This document shows positions 37,737-47,607 of a stretch of 64,000 nt of DNA, one piece after another. The notes beneath the pieces are model-generated. The model saw only the letters and a list, made by a program, of their open reading frames with translations. It was not told the DNA's origin and did no database searches. Each line of letters begins with the position of its first letter. The stretch's first letter is position 1. The DNA is from a virus. The position numbers were made by a program, and so were the translations under genes. The stretch spans positions 9,472 to 73,471 of IMG/VR virus record IMGVR_UViG_3300047160_003234; one strand, 5' to 3'.

Positions 37737-38452
37737 TTTGCGGGACCGGGAAGATTTTTAATTGTGTTCGCAGTTTCCTTTTTAAGAGATAAAACCCAAG
37801 AATCCAAGGCTCGGTGACCACGGTCGATATCCCCGTTGCCAATTTGAGCAACTATTCGAGGACTAATCACATACTCCCCGCCGCTGGCGTTGATCGGAAC
37901 CGGGCGGCCCGTGCCTTCTGTCGCCGCCCCGCCATGAGCTTCGCGGCCCAAGGCCGGGTTCTCGGCGCTCATGCCGGGGATCAGCATCGGCCGCTTCACG
38001 GCGAACGAAAGGGATGGCGGTTGCGGAATGCCAACGCCCCCTTTCGTCCGCATGCTCGGGGCTTGCGCTCCCCAAGGCAACGTCGGTCTCTGGCCCTGCC
38101 ACGGCTGGCCGAACATCTCGTGGAGAAGATCGAACCCGGCGGCGGTGTTGCCCTCGCCCATCGACGAGACGAGCCAAGCCGGGAGAACGTAGGAGCCGTC
38201 ATGGACATGCGTCGGCTCGACATCGGCTCGGCCGGGACTTGCAGTCGCGATAGCCCCCTCGTGCGGAGCCATAGGGCTGTCGACAATCCCGCCGCCCTGA
38301 AAGCGCGGGCGCATCATCGGCCTCACGTTGACGGCGGGGTGGATCTTCGGCGCGGCGCCAGCCTTCAGCATTGTCGGCATGCGCGGGGGCCTTGAGGCGC
38401 GGAGCAGTCTTCCGATCTGGATCGAGGACGGGCCGGGATTGAACGCTGGCAT
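37733..38452 (-). CDS. Conserved virion-module protein with two GxYV modules, each after an xxxGG motif
   Basis: VHDGSYVLPAWLVSSMGEGN and ASGGEYVISPRIVAQIGNGD. Confidence 0.8.
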   Translation of the reverse strand: MPAFNPGPSSIQIGRLLRASRPPRMPTMLKAGAAPKIHPAVNVRPMMRPRFQGGGIVDSPMAPHEGAIATASPGRADVEPTHVHDGSYVLPAWLVSSMGEGNTAAGFDLLHEMFGQPWQGQRPTLPWGAQAPSMRTKGGVGIPQPPSLSFAVKRPMLIPGMSAENPALGREAHGGAATEGTGRPVPINASGGEYVISPRIVAQIGNGDIDRGHRALDSWVLSLKKETANTIKNLPGPAK

Positions 38453-38519
38453 TAGCGAATCCTCCGCGCGGTGTAATTCTGGCCAACAGTGGGCGAGTTG
38501 GGAAAGTCGATGGCGGCCA

Positions 38520-39122
38520 TCAGCGCACCCTCCGCGCCGAGAGTAGGCCGCCCATCGTGCCGGTTCCTGTTGTAAAAGTGCTGAGGCCTTGCAGCCACAC
38601 AGTCGTGTTTGTCGTCACATTGAAACGAGTAGATTGAATGGAGAGATTGATAGCGGACATGCCGCTGCCACTAATATTCACGCTGCCGCCAAAAGTCTGA
38701 CCGCTAGTCGTTGGCGCAGACGTTGTGCTTAAAGCAAGGTAAACGCTGGATTGGCCGGTTTGCGCGTTGGTCCAGCCATTAGCGCGAACGTCCCAATCTC
38801 CCGGCGTTAGCACAATCGAGCAAATGTTGATCCAAGTGCCTGTCGGAGAGGATACGCCGCTGCTTGTCGCCTGGATATATTCCCCGACTTGCCCAGCCGC
38901 TGCGTTCGAACCGTCAGTGACGCCAATAATCGGTTTAGGCCAAGCAGATTGGCTGGCGGCAAAGGTCAAAGGCCCGGTCAGCGTGCCTCCAGAGATCGGC
39001 AGAAACGCGCCGCCAGTCCCGGTGAGCGCATTCAAATTTTGCGCGATGACGCCGAGCTGCTGGTTCATTAACTGAAGGGTGGTGATCAGGGTCTGGAGAT
39101 CGCCGCCCGCAGGCAAGGCCAT
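38520..39122 (-). CDS. Short tail needle/fibre-like protein
   Basis: N-terminal coiled coil, FLPISGGTLTGPL, GVTDGSNAAAGQVGEY, LTPGDWDV. Confidence 0.75.
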   Translation of the reverse strand: MALPAGGDLQTLITTLQLMNQQLGVIAQNLNALTGTGGAFLPISGGTLTGPLTFAASQSAWPKPIIGVTDGSNAAAGQVGEYIQATSSGVSSPTGTWINICSIVLTPGDWDVRANGWTNAQTGQSSVYLALSTTSAPTTSGQTFGGSVNISGSGMSAINLSIQSTRFNVTTNTTVWLQGLSTFTTGTGTMGGLLSARRVR

Positions 39123-39140
39123 GGTCTGACACCTCCCCGG

Positions 39141-41534
39141 TCAGGAGCTTGCGCGCCCGTCCGCCGAGAACCGGAATTTCACCCCGCCCAGTCTCACGAA
39201 ACTGCCGAGGTCATTACCAGATATCTGGGCGCTGAAGAAGCGCCCCCTCGCCCGGGTCGCGAACGCCGTCGTGTCGTCATTCACGATGTAAGGCCCAATC
39301 CAAACGCCGGAAGCGGGATCGTCGTCGGGCGTGTCCTGCACGATGAGCCAGATCGTCACCTGTGCGCTGGTCGACGGCGGGTCTTGCCAGCGTTTCCAAG
39401 TAAAGTCGGGGACCACCATATCGGCAAAGACGAATTCTTCGCCTTCGGCGAGCTGGAAGTAGGCTGTCCGCATCATCCAGTTGATCGGCTGACCGTTGGC
39501 GTCGTTGGTCATCTCGTGCATGAAGATCCACGAGTTCGACCCTGTCGCGTCGGGCATCGCGCTTATGGGATGGCCGAAGACGTTGTTGTCGTACCATTCG
39601 GTGACGGGCAAAAAGCCGTAATCCCACTCGCCCTCGACCACGTTGAACTTGACGTACATGTCGTTTTCGCCCGAGGTCGAGGCCGACGACGGGAAGTACC
39701 ACGCCACCTCGTCGAAGCCGGAATTGGCGGCCCCGCGGATGTGGGCGTAATAGGCGCCGTTGTTGGAGTTGTTGAGATTTTTTATGATCACGTCCCAGAT
39801 GTCGCAGGGGACTCTCTGCGCCACGTTCCCGGCGTAGACCCAAAAGCCGTCGCGGCTCATCCAGAAGACCTGTGGGCCATAGACGGCGAAGGCCTTCTTG
39901 CCGAGGAGCCCGCAGCCTTGGCTGATCTCAAAAAACCCGTAGACGTCGGGATAGCCGATGTACTGCATCAGCCACAGGCCGACGTCGGTCCATAAGAGGC
40001 CCTGCTGCGGGCCCTGAATCCCGCCGACGATTTTCGATCCTCGCGTCAGGCGGTAGCTTCCGGCTTGGTTCGACGCCGAGGCGATCCATGAATTGTAATT
40101 GGCGTTGTCGCACCATCTGACGAGCATCGGATCTTGAATCCCGTTGACGCTCGCGCCGTAGGCGACGATCTGCTGCTGGGGCATCGAAACGAAGAAGCCG
40201 GTCGTCGCCACCGGCCCGTTGGCGATGACGCTCGCCGACTGCAAGCCGGAGGTCGGGTCGTAGACGAAGATCGGCCCGTTCTGGGGGCTCATGAGCAGGG
40301 AATTGCCCCAGTTCCACATCGCCCAGTCATCGAGCGGCGCCGCGCCGGGGACGACCGGGGAGCCGGTGACCGCGGGCGCTGGAGAGCCGGTGCCCCAGCC
40401 GCCGATGCCCCAGCCGTAGCCGATCGTAGCGACGGGAACCGAGAAGCCGCTGCCGGTGCCGCCGATCGAGGCTGCCGTCGCCGAAAGCGTATTGCCGATG
40501 GCGTAGCCCATCCCGAACGACACGAGGGCGACGGCGGTCACCCCGCCGCCAGACACGGTGATGTTGGCGGTCGCGCCGCTTCCGGTCCCGCCTGTCAGGG
40601 CGACATTGAGGTAAGTGCCGTTGGTGTAGAGCGTTCCCGGCGTGATCGCGCCGAGGGTGGCGATGTTGGTCGATCCACCACCGCCGCCCCACCCCAAGGT
40701 TCCGGCGACCGGCGCCACAGTAGGGTAGTAGGTGATCTGAGTGTGGCCGGGCGTCGTGACCGTGCCGGTGCCCTCGTAGATCCCGCTCTGTGTCGAGGAC
40801 GCGAGGTTCGGCGCGATGATGGTGAAGGTGTTAGGGTCGATGACGGTCTGGACATTGTAGAGGCCGGAAAGCGTCACCCCGCCGACCGTGGTCGGGACGG
40901 CGATCGGCCATGCCGATCCGACCGAAAGCCCATGGCTCGGGCAATGGACGGTGACGATGAAGGTGCCGACAGTGATGTCATAGGTCGGCACCACGCCGCC
41001 ATTGGCGACCGTCGACGTCGCGTTGGCGCCCGCGAGGACGGTGAACTGCGAGGGCGGATTGGCGGTGTTGACGGGATACATGCCGTAGAGCACGACCCCG
41101 CCGACGCAGACGTGGATCTGGATATTGAGGCCGGAGAAGGTGTTGAGGTTCGACGCGGCGTCGATGACGGTGACGACGTTCGAGCCGCTGGAGGTGGAGA
41201 AATTCACCACCGGCTGAGACAGGTTGTAAAGGGGCGTTACCTTGACGGGGCTGGCGGTGAAAGGCGGCGGCGCCGTGATGACCGGCGTCATGACGTAGGC
41301 GCCCTGCGTCGTGCCGATCCCGAGGTGGTTGGTAAAGTTGAGGTCGCCCCAAGGATGAAGCTCGCGGCAGATGCCGGGCGTGGAAAAACTCGAGAACCCC
41401 ATCCACCCGCCGATCTTCTCCGGCAGGCCTTGCCTCCACCGGATCAAGTTCGACTGCCAGAGCGCAGCCTGAAGGAGAACCGGGGTCTGGACGGTCTTGA
41501 CGCCCGGTTGGAGTTTGACGGTGGCAAAGGTCAT
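39141..41534 (-). CDS. Tail nozzle / tail tubular protein B-like
   Basis: KLQPGV...NLIRWRQGLPEKIGGW, DPMLVRWCD, RARGR...RLG; beta-propeller-like. Confidence 0.8.
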   Translation of the reverse strand: MTFATVKLQPGVKTVQTPVLLQAALWQSNLIRWRQGLPEKIGGWMGFSSFSTPGICRELHPWGDLNFTNHLGIGTTQGAYVMTPVITAPPPFTASPVKVTPLYNLSQPVVNFSTSSGSNVVTVIDAASNLNTFSGLNIQIHVCVGGVVLYGMYPVNTANPPSQFTVLAGANATSTVANGGVVPTYDITVGTFIVTVHCPSHGLSVGSAWPIAVPTTVGGVTLSGLYNVQTVIDPNTFTIIAPNLASSTQSGIYEGTGTVTTPGHTQITYYPTVAPVAGTLGWGGGGGSTNIATLGAITPGTLYTNGTYLNVALTGGTGSGATANITVSGGGVTAVALVSFGMGYAIGNTLSATAASIGGTGSGFSVPVATIGYGWGIGGWGTGSPAPAVTGSPVVPGAAPLDDWAMWNWGNSLLMSPQNGPIFVYDPTSGLQSASVIANGPVATTGFFVSMPQQQIVAYGASVNGIQDPMLVRWCDNANYNSWIASASNQAGSYRLTRGSKIVGGIQGPQQGLLWTDVGLWLMQYIGYPDVYGFFEISQGCGLLGKKAFAVYGPQVFWMSRDGFWVYAGNVAQRVPCDIWDVIIKNLNNSNNGAYYAHIRGAANSGFDEVAWYFPSSASTSGENDMYVKFNVVEGEWDYGFLPVTEWYDNNVFGHPISAMPDATGSNSWIFMHEMTNDANGQPINWMMRTAYFQLAEGEEFVFADMVVPDFTWKRWQDPPSTSAQVTIWLIVQDTPDDDPASGVWIGPYIVNDDTTAFATRARGRFFSAQISGNDLGSFVRLGGVKFRFSADGRASS

Positions 41535-41773
41535 CAGGCGAGCCGTCTTTTCAGGAGGTGGTTCACCTCCTTGCAAGTCTCTCTGACCGCCACGAACTTC
41601 CGGTCGACCTGATGGATGACGCAGTGGACGCCGGGCGCAAAATGCCCGTGGTCGTGGGAGGGCGTGACCGCTGTGATATGGCGCGGCACGATGTGGACTT
41701 CCTCGCCATCGGAACGATGCAAGGTGATAAGCGTCACGAAAGCGACGACGATTCCTGCGCCACCAGCGATCAC
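41534..41773 (-). CDS. Small FlbD-like protein
   Basis: LITLHRSDGEEVHIVPRHITAV...VAVRET; coupled at both ends. Confidence 0.55.
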   Translation of the reverse strand: MIAGGAGIVVAFVTLITLHRSDGEEVHIVPRHITAVTPSHDHGHFAPGVHCVIHQVDRKFVAVRETCKEVNHLLKRRLA

Positions 41774-42537
41774 GGCGGCCCTCCCGGCGTGCCCGGGGGC
41801 GTCGGCGGCGGCGTCGTCCTGCTCGTGAGCTGCCCCCACCCGTGAAACTTCTTCCGCGCCTCTTCGGTCTTCGCGCTCCCGAGGAGCGTCTGGAACTGGG
41901 CCTCCCACGACACCGCCATCCGCGGATCGTCGGACTGGGCGCCGAAATTCTTCATGAACCCGGCCGCGCTCACCATCGCCGCGGCGAGGAAGAGATCAGG
42001 GACGTTGAGGCTGAGCCACGTCGTCTGCGACCCATCGTTCGGCGGGGCGTTGTAAAGCGGTACGGGGCGGAACTTGCCCACGACCTCGACCGTGTAGGCG
42101 AGATCGGGGAACGGTCCCCAGACGAAAGTCTGGTCGTCCTTCATCCCGAAGAACTGCGGCGGCCCGGTCACTGAGTTCGGCCCGTAAGTCGCCCTGATCC
42201 AGCTCCGCGACACGGGCCAGAGCTGCACCCGCTCGCCATTGTCGGGAACCGTCGCTGTCGACGGCAGAATCAGGTTGACGTCCTCGACGATGATGATCAC
42301 CGGATTGAGAGCGGAGAAATTGAGCGTCGACTGACCGGCGACAAGGGTCATCGTCCCGCTCGACGTCGCGTTCAAGAGGTCGAGTTCGCGGTAGCAGCGC
42401 TGCTCGGCGTAATCGACGATGGAGAAGATCGCCGCGGCGAAATTGGGCTCAGTGATCGGCGGGGTCGTCGAGGCGGCGTTAGGGAGCGCCATCATCACCG
42501 CAAGCTCGGTCTGGAAGCCGTAATAGGAGAAGCTCAC
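41770..42537 (-). CDS. Head-tail adaptor protein
   Basis: IVDYAEQRCYRELD, GPFPDLAYTVE, TTWLSLNVPDLFL. Confidence 0.75.
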   Translation of the reverse strand: MSFSYYGFQTELAVMMALPNAASTTPPITEPNFAAAIFSIVDYAEQRCYRELDLLNATSSGTMTLVAGQSTLNFSALNPVIIIVEDVNLILPSTATVPDNGERVQLWPVSRSWIRATYGPNSVTGPPQFFGMKDDQTFVWGPFPDLAYTVEVVGKFRPVPLYNAPPNDGSQTTWLSLNVPDLFLAAAMVSAAGFMKNFGAQSDDPRMAVSWEAQFQTLLGSAKTEEARKKFHGWGQLTSRTTPPPTPPGTPGGPP

Positions 42538-42959
42538 GGAGGAATGTCCATCGGCTGTGGAGCGCCGGGCGTCGTCGGGCCGCCCGCAAGAGGCCCGGGA
42601 ATGCCGGAGATCGGATTGGTCGGCGGATCGACGAGCGGAGGCCGACCGCTAAAGAGTGGCTGCGCGAACTGCTGAGCGATGGTGGTCGTGGAGTATTCGC
42701 CGATGTAGGTCTCGGGCCGCGGATCGTAGACCGGGGTCGGGTCAGGCGGCGTCATCCGCGCCTTGAGCTGCGGGTTGGGCCTGTCGCGGCAGTCAGGGTG
42801 GACGAGAAAGCGAAGATTGACGAGCTTCGTTCCCTGCCACTCGGATTCGTAGACGAGCTTGTGACGATTGTCCCAGATGCCGCAATGGTCGCAGACCGCA
42901 AACGCCCGTGGCGCTTCGGGATTGGTAATTGCTCGACCTGAACGAGAGGCATAGCCCAT
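42534..42959 (-). CDS. Conserved virion-module protein (CxxC)
   Basis: AFAVCDHCG...DRPNPQL...DPRPE. Confidence 0.75.
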   Translation of the reverse strand: MGYASRSGRAITNPEAPRAFAVCDHCGIWDNRHKLVYESEWQGTKLVNLRFLVHPDCRDRPNPQLKARMTPPDPTPVYDPRPETYIGEYSTTTIAQQFAQPLFSGRPPLVDPPTNPISGIPGPLAGGPTTPGAPQPMDIPP

Positions 42960-42965
42960 TGGCCT

Positions 42966-43451
42966 TTATCCCCCGTTGGCAAATTCGCCGAAGCGCTCTT
43001 TGGCTGCTGCTAAGTACGCAGTATGAGCCTCTTCGGACGTATCAAAACGCCCAACGCTAATCGACGGTCCTATGCGCGATGCAATCCGAGCGCGCCATCT
43101 ATTTCCATCTCGATGAACGCCCTTGAAGCCACTCGTGTTGTTGCGCTGCCTTTTTCGATTGGCGGCATTTTGCCGATCAGTGCTCTCTCTAAGATTTGAC
43201 CAACGATTGTCATGCCGATGGCCGTTGATATGGTCGAGTTCTTTATCGGGCCAATTCCCGGTCATGTAGAGCCATGCAAGTCGATGAGCTTTGTAGCTTC
43301 TCCGCCCACACCGTATTTGCGCGTAACCATCACGAGCAATGCACCCGGCCCGGCATCCAGCTTTAACCCAATTGGCAAAGTCTTTCCTCCAGTGAAACTC
43401 ACCAGTTTCACAATCATATTCAAGAACGTCTCGCAGCTCGTCAAACGTCAT
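42966..43451 (-). CDS. HNH-AP2 homing endonuclease
   Basis: AHRLAWLYMTG, LDHINGHRHDNRWSNLRE, NNTSGFKGV. Confidence 0.93.
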   Translation of the reverse strand: MTFDELRDVLEYDCETGEFHWRKDFANWVKAGCRAGCIARDGYAQIRCGRRSYKAHRLAWLYMTGNWPDKELDHINGHRHDNRWSNLRESTDRQNAANRKRQRNNTSGFKGVHRDGNRWRARIASRIGPSISVGRFDTSEEAHTAYLAAAKERFGEFANGG

Positions 43452-43454
43452 TCA

Positions 43455-44159
43455 TCAATTCCTGTAATATCCCTCCACCATAGGCAGAAAATAAACACTG
43501 CCGTCCTCTACATCCTGATTCGCATAGTACTGATACGCCAGATCGAAGTCAGTCTTCCTTTGTCCCTCCAGAGTCGGCGCGTAATGACGCGCCAATCGCC
43601 ATGATAGACCAGCGCAGATCGCATCCAAACCGCGATATGGCACCTCCCAGTTACCAGCGCCGCGCACGGCGGCGTCCTGCGCTTGCCGAAAATACCACAT
43701 ATGAAGATTATACACCATGTTAGGCACAGGCCATAACGTAATCGTGGGAGCAATAAGGCGATCAAACCACCACGATGTTGGTCGTCCCTGTTTTGACTTG
43801 ACAGGTTGCATCGTAAACTCCTGTCTAGTCATAGGCGTAATCGTCAACTCCGTTTCGCTTCCATCTGCATTTATTGTCCCTATCGTCACATTTAGCAAGG
43901 TTATTACATTCTGAGGAACGGAATATGTCGCTTGTCCTACTATTGTCGGGACAACAGTATTGCTCACAGTCCAGAGCGTTGGCCCCCGATTCCCAAATTC
44001 CACCTGTAGCAGGTTCGCCTCCATGAGGGCCATGTGCATGTGCTCGGCCGCGACCATAGGCCCGCGGATTTGTATGCGCGAAAGGGCGTTCAAGACGCAC
44101 TCGCCGACGCTGGGACCGAAGACGAAGGTCTCGGTGGTGTTTTGGGGATAGCCGCTCAT
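43455..44159 (-). CDS. Head-tail connector / tail tubular protein A-like
   Basis: NRGPTLWTV, GQATYS, GRPTSWWFDR, ITLWPVP. Confidence 0.75.
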   Translation of the reverse strand: MSGYPQNTTETFVFGPSVGECVLNALSRIQIRGPMVAAEHMHMALMEANLLQVEFGNRGPTLWTVSNTVVPTIVGQATYSVPQNVITLLNVTIGTINADGSETELTITPMTRQEFTMQPVKSKQGRPTSWWFDRLIAPTITLWPVPNMVYNLHMWYFRQAQDAAVRGAGNWEVPYRGLDAICAGLSWRLARHYAPTLEGQRKTDFDLAYQYYANQDVEDGSVYFLPMVEGYYRN

Positions 44160-44162
44160 CGA

Positions 44163-44249
44163 TCAAGGCCAGACGACATGCCCAAGAACGAACCCCACCA
44201 CGAGAGCGATCACGGCGACCATCAGAATATGGACGTAGGTATAGGTCAT
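44163..44249 (-). CDS. 28-aa single-TM peptide
   Basis: MTYTYVHILMVAVIALVVGFVLGHVVWP; ATGA overlap, fills the gap exactly. Confidence 0.55.
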   Translation of the reverse strand: MTYTYVHILMVAVIALVVGFVLGHVVWP

Positions 44250-44941
44250 GGCGTCTGGACCCCGTACTGGGTGAAGGTCGTCCTCACCGAGCCCGCCCCG
44301 CTGTTCAAGAGAAGGCGCACCCAGATCGGCGGCACGGGCATGTTGAAGGTCTGATTGCCGGTGGCGTTGACCGCGCCGCTGAAAGTCGTGTCCCAGACCA
44401 TGTTCTGGCGCGTGATCCCGGCGAAATTATTCAGGTCGTTCGGGTCGTCCATGGAATGCTGGACGGTATAGTTCACTGTTCCCGCGACGACGCAGGAGAC
44501 AGAAAGCGGGCTTCCTTTGCCCCACTCGTCGAGACGCGCTTGACGGCTCGACCATGGGGCGGCTGCGGTGCCGATCGAGGCTCCGGCCCCGGCAGGGACC
44601 GCCAGCGACCAGACCGCCATGACTGTGCGGAAGAGGTCATTGGTCGTGACCGATCCGGCGTTCGCGCCGTGGATCATCTCGGAGAGCGGCTGGCCCGACC
44701 AGTCGGTCCCCTGAACGGTGAACCAGTTCAGGCTGTCGTTGCCAGCCGAAGTGATGAGGACTTGCCGCGGCTGATCGAGAAGCACGCCAATGCCGGGAGC
44801 AAACGCTGCGCCGCCAGTCGGCGTGCCGTTGAGGTTGAACGGATATTGCCCGTTTACAAGCGACGGCGCTTGTTGGGTCGCGATGGCGGTCGCCGACCCC
44901 GCCGCTAGGTTCGGCCCGAGAGAGAGGATGATCGGCTTCAT
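44246..44941 (-). CDS. Virion structural protein
   Basis: VLITSAGNDS...FTVQGTD, VNYTVQHSMDDPN; beta-rich. Confidence 0.75.
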   Translation of the reverse strand: MKPIILSLGPNLAAGSATAIATQQAPSLVNGQYPFNLNGTPTGGAAFAPGIGVLLDQPRQVLITSAGNDSLNWFTVQGTDWSGQPLSEMIHGANAGSVTTNDLFRTVMAVWSLAVPAGAGASIGTAAAPWSSRQARLDEWGKGSPLSVSCVVAGTVNYTVQHSMDDPNDLNNFAGITRQNMVWDTTFSGAVNATGNQTFNMPVPPIWVRLLLNSGAGSVRTTFTQYGVQTP

Positions 44942-45189
44942 TTTCTTCCCTGCCTTCCGAGGTGCGGTTTACGGCTGCGCCCGTCGATGAAGCCGCCGCG
45001 CTTCTTGGCTTGAGCGAGGATGCGGTTGGCCTTGGCGTCGATCGCCGCCTTGTCAGGATCGTTGTGCATTGCCGCAAAGCCCTTCGCGATTGCGGCATGA
45101 CGGGCGTCAGACATCGGATAGCCACCGGACTCCGGCTTCCCCAATCGAGAAGCTGGGAGCTTGGCCCTCGTCTTGGCCGACACGGTCAT
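44938..45189 (-). CDS. Small basic virion-associated protein
   Basis: RAKLPAS...YPMSDARHA; C-terminal KKRGG. Confidence 0.7.
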   Translation of the reverse strand: MTVSAKTRAKLPASRLGKPESGGYPMSDARHAAIAKGFAAMHNDPDKAAIDAKANRILAQAKKRGGFIDGRSRKPHLGRQGRK

Positions 45190-45203
45190 CTGGCCATCTC
45201 CTC

Positions 45204-45244
45204 AAAAAAAGAACCGCCGCCTCCTACCGCGAAGGAGACGGCGG
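45204..45244 (-). terminator. Rho-independent terminator after the capsid operon
   Basis: CCGCCGTCTCCT/AGGAGGCGGCGG stem + T7 on minus strand. Confidence 0.75.
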
Positions 45245-45336
45245 CCCTGTCGGAAAAGGCGCCCGTTTCCTATGTTCGTGAAGGCTGGGCTGCCATCGCT
45301 CTCAACTGGACGCTTGAGCGTCTTCTCCGAACTCCT

Positions 45337-45765
45337 TTAAGGCGTCTTCGCGCTCTCGGGCATGATGTGGCGCTGTTTTGGGGGCTTCGGCGTGTCGGCC
45401 GAGGTCCGCGGGCGAAGGTCCGAACCCGCCCCGCCGCCCTTGACGTGGCCGCCTCCGGCCCGGCCGGGGCGCCCCATGTTGGGACGCTTGCCCTTGCCGA
45501 AGGGAACGAAGCCGCCTTTCTTCCGCCCGATCCGGCCGCCGGTCTTCTTCTCCTCGCGCTCCTCCTCCTCCTCGACCGCGCCGCCCTTGGCGCGAAAAAG
45601 AGGGCCGGAGCCGCGGGTGATCGTGTCGTCGGGCGCGTTCTTGGGATGAAAGCCCTTGGCCTCCTTGACGACGTTGTAGCAGCTCTCTTTTTTGAGGTCG
45701 CCGCCTGATTCGCCAGCGCCCGGCACTGAGCCGCCGCGGGCGTATGCGTCTCTTCTGGCCGCCAT
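45337..45765 (-). CDS. Basic low-complexity protein with multiple xxxGG motifs
   Basis: GGAGG RBS; YARGG, RAKGG, KKTGG, RKKGG, RAGGG. Confidence 0.75.
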   Translation of the reverse strand: MAARRDAYARGGSVPGAGESGGDLKKESCYNVVKEAKGFHPKNAPDDTITRGSGPLFRAKGGAVEEEEEREEKKTGGRIGRKKGGFVPFGKGKRPNMGRPGRAGGGHVKGGGAGSDLRPRTSADTPKPPKQRHIMPESAKTP

Positions 45766-45778
45766 CGATAGGGCCTCC

Positions 45779-47062
45779 TTAAACCGGCGGAACGCCGAGC
45801 AGCGAGCCCGGGTTGATGCCTGTGGCCAGAGCCACTTGGAACGGATCGAGCTGCTGCTGGATGGTCAAGAACGATGTGCCGACGAGGGTGATCGCGCCCG
45901 CCGAAGGCGGGGTCAGCCCGAGCGCTGTCGCCGGGCCGTTGCCGGTCACCTGAATTCCGCCCGCCACGTCTCCGGTCGATGTCGTCGCAGGATTGGTCGT
46001 GTCGGCGGGAATGACGGTGAAATTGAACGAGCCGCCGTAGGCCGTTTGCGCGGTTTGCGTGCCGAGCGGTCCATATAGGACCGAGGCGATCGAGTTGATC
46101 GACATGACCGAGAGCGGCAGGCCGATGAAGTCAGAGACAACGACCTGAACCGACGTGCGCGCGCCATCGGCGGCGAGCGGGGTGCAGGACAAGAACAGAT
46201 CGTAAGTCTTTTTGCCCCAAGTCGTTCCCGCAGCTTGCGGGATGGTGATGATCTCGCTCTGCGGCAGGCCCCAGCCGCTGATCCCTTGAATGAGATATTG
46301 GCAACCACCCGCGGCTCCGGTGCCAACGGACACGATGCCGAGGCCGCGCGTATTGCCGCACTCAGGGATCGAGATGCGCGCCGATCCAGCGGCGGCTTCC
46401 GATGTAAGGGCGGTGGGGGCCCCGGCGCCGTAGAGGTTAGGGTTGAAGCGATTGGTGAGGGCAATCGTTCCCGTGCCGTTAACGAGCGGGGCTGGCGAGA
46501 CGTTGATCACGCCGGTCGAGGCGACGATCGATTGAACCTGAGTGAACTGATATGAATTGGCTGGCGAGTTCAAAAGACACAGCCACATGCCGGGCTTATT
46601 GTACCGCCAGATGTTTGCGAGGACTGTCGGGGCGACGTTGAGGGTGACAGTGCCCGCGGTGGCGAAGGTAGCGGAGTCGATTTGCATATCGATGGCGATC
46701 GCAGGAGTGGCGACGCCATTGAACATTTGGGTGACCGGCGCGCGCCCGGTGGCGTAGGTCGAAAGAGGCGCAATCGGCGTGTTGGCGACCGGCGCGGTGG
46801 CGGCGGTCAAGGTAGCGGCGGCGCCCCCGGGCTGAATCGCGGCGTTGATCGTCCGCATGGGGACGCAAGCCGAGAGGCTCGCGATAGTGCCGGGGCCCGT
46901 CCGGTCCTTGCTGACCGCGGCCGCAGTCGCTGGAATCCCATACCCCGCCCAATAGAGGGACGGCCCGATCTCGTCGGAATATTCCCGTGGCTGCTGGCCC
47001 TGCTGGCCTCCGGCCAAGCCGCCGAGGACGAGGACCGGGCCCGTGAATGTTTCCTTCGCCAT
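45779..47062 (-). CDS. Virion structural (capsid decoration/fibre-like) protein
   Basis: MAKETFTGPV start; downstream of capsid. Confidence 0.75.
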   Translation of the reverse strand: MAKETFTGPVLVLGGLAGGQQGQQPREYSDEIGPSLYWAGYGIPATAAAVSKDRTGPGTIASLSACVPMRTINAAIQPGGAAATLTAATAPVANTPIAPLSTYATGRAPVTQMFNGVATPAIAIDMQIDSATFATAGTVTLNVAPTVLANIWRYNKPGMWLCLLNSPANSYQFTQVQSIVASTGVINVSPAPLVNGTGTIALTNRFNPNLYGAGAPTALTSEAAAGSARISIPECGNTRGLGIVSVGTGAAGGCQYLIQGISGWGLPQSEIITIPQAAGTTWGKKTYDLFLSCTPLAADGARTSVQVVVSDFIGLPLSVMSINSIASVLYGPLGTQTAQTAYGGSFNFTVIPADTTNPATTSTGDVAGGIQVTGNGPATALGLTPPSAGAITLVGTSFLTIQQQLDPFQVALATGINPGSLLGVPPV

Positions 47063-47063
47063 C

Positions 47064-47567
47064 TTATTCGTACCTCGCGAAGTCGCCGTGGAGGGCATCG
47101 AGGGCTTCGGTCCTCGCCTTATGAGCGTCTTCCGCGGTTAAAAACCAACCCAGATGATGCACTTTCCCGTCTTTCGTAACCGTTGCCCGGTATCGCGCTC
47201 TCGACTTTGATGGATCGTAGGCCACACCCTTAAACCCAGTTGTATTGTTTTTGTACCGCTTGCTGTTCGACTTGTTCTCCGACTGTGTGCATTCCCTCAG
47301 ATTTTCGAACCGATCATCGGATGTATTGCGATTTCGGTGGTCAATCTGGTTTTTAGGCCACTCTCCTGTCACCAAGAGCCACGCTACCCGGCACGCTCGA
47401 TAGTCCTTCCCCCGAAGATGCAGATAGACATACCCTTCTGCATTGCGTCTTGCGGTGACCGTCCCAGCCGGTATTCGACCATAGCGACCCGCTGGCCGCT
47501 TCCATCGAAAGACCCCCGTTTCCCGATCGTAGCTGACATCCTCCTCGATCTCTTCCTTCGTAAGCAC
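47064..47567 (-). CDS. HNH-AP2 homing endonuclease
   Basis: IDHRNRNTSDDRFENLRECT, NNTTGFKGV, HLGWF. Confidence 0.9.
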   Translation of the reverse strand: MLTKEEIEEDVSYDRETGVFRWKRPAGRYGRIPAGTVTARRNAEGYVYLHLRGKDYRACRVAWLLVTGEWPKNQIDHRNRNTSDDRFENLRECTQSENKSNSKRYKNNTTGFKGVAYDPSKSRARYRATVTKDGKVHHLGWFLTAEDAHKARTEALDALHGDFARYE

Positions 47568-47607
47568 GGCACTCTCCCTTTTGGATGGGGAGAGTGTAAC
47601 ACACACT

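Noticed and set aside
40134-41612. 492-aa plus-strand ORF and similar long antisense ORFs (11175, 13375, 15896, 34762)
   Set aside because: Arg/Gly-rich shadows opposite well-supported genes
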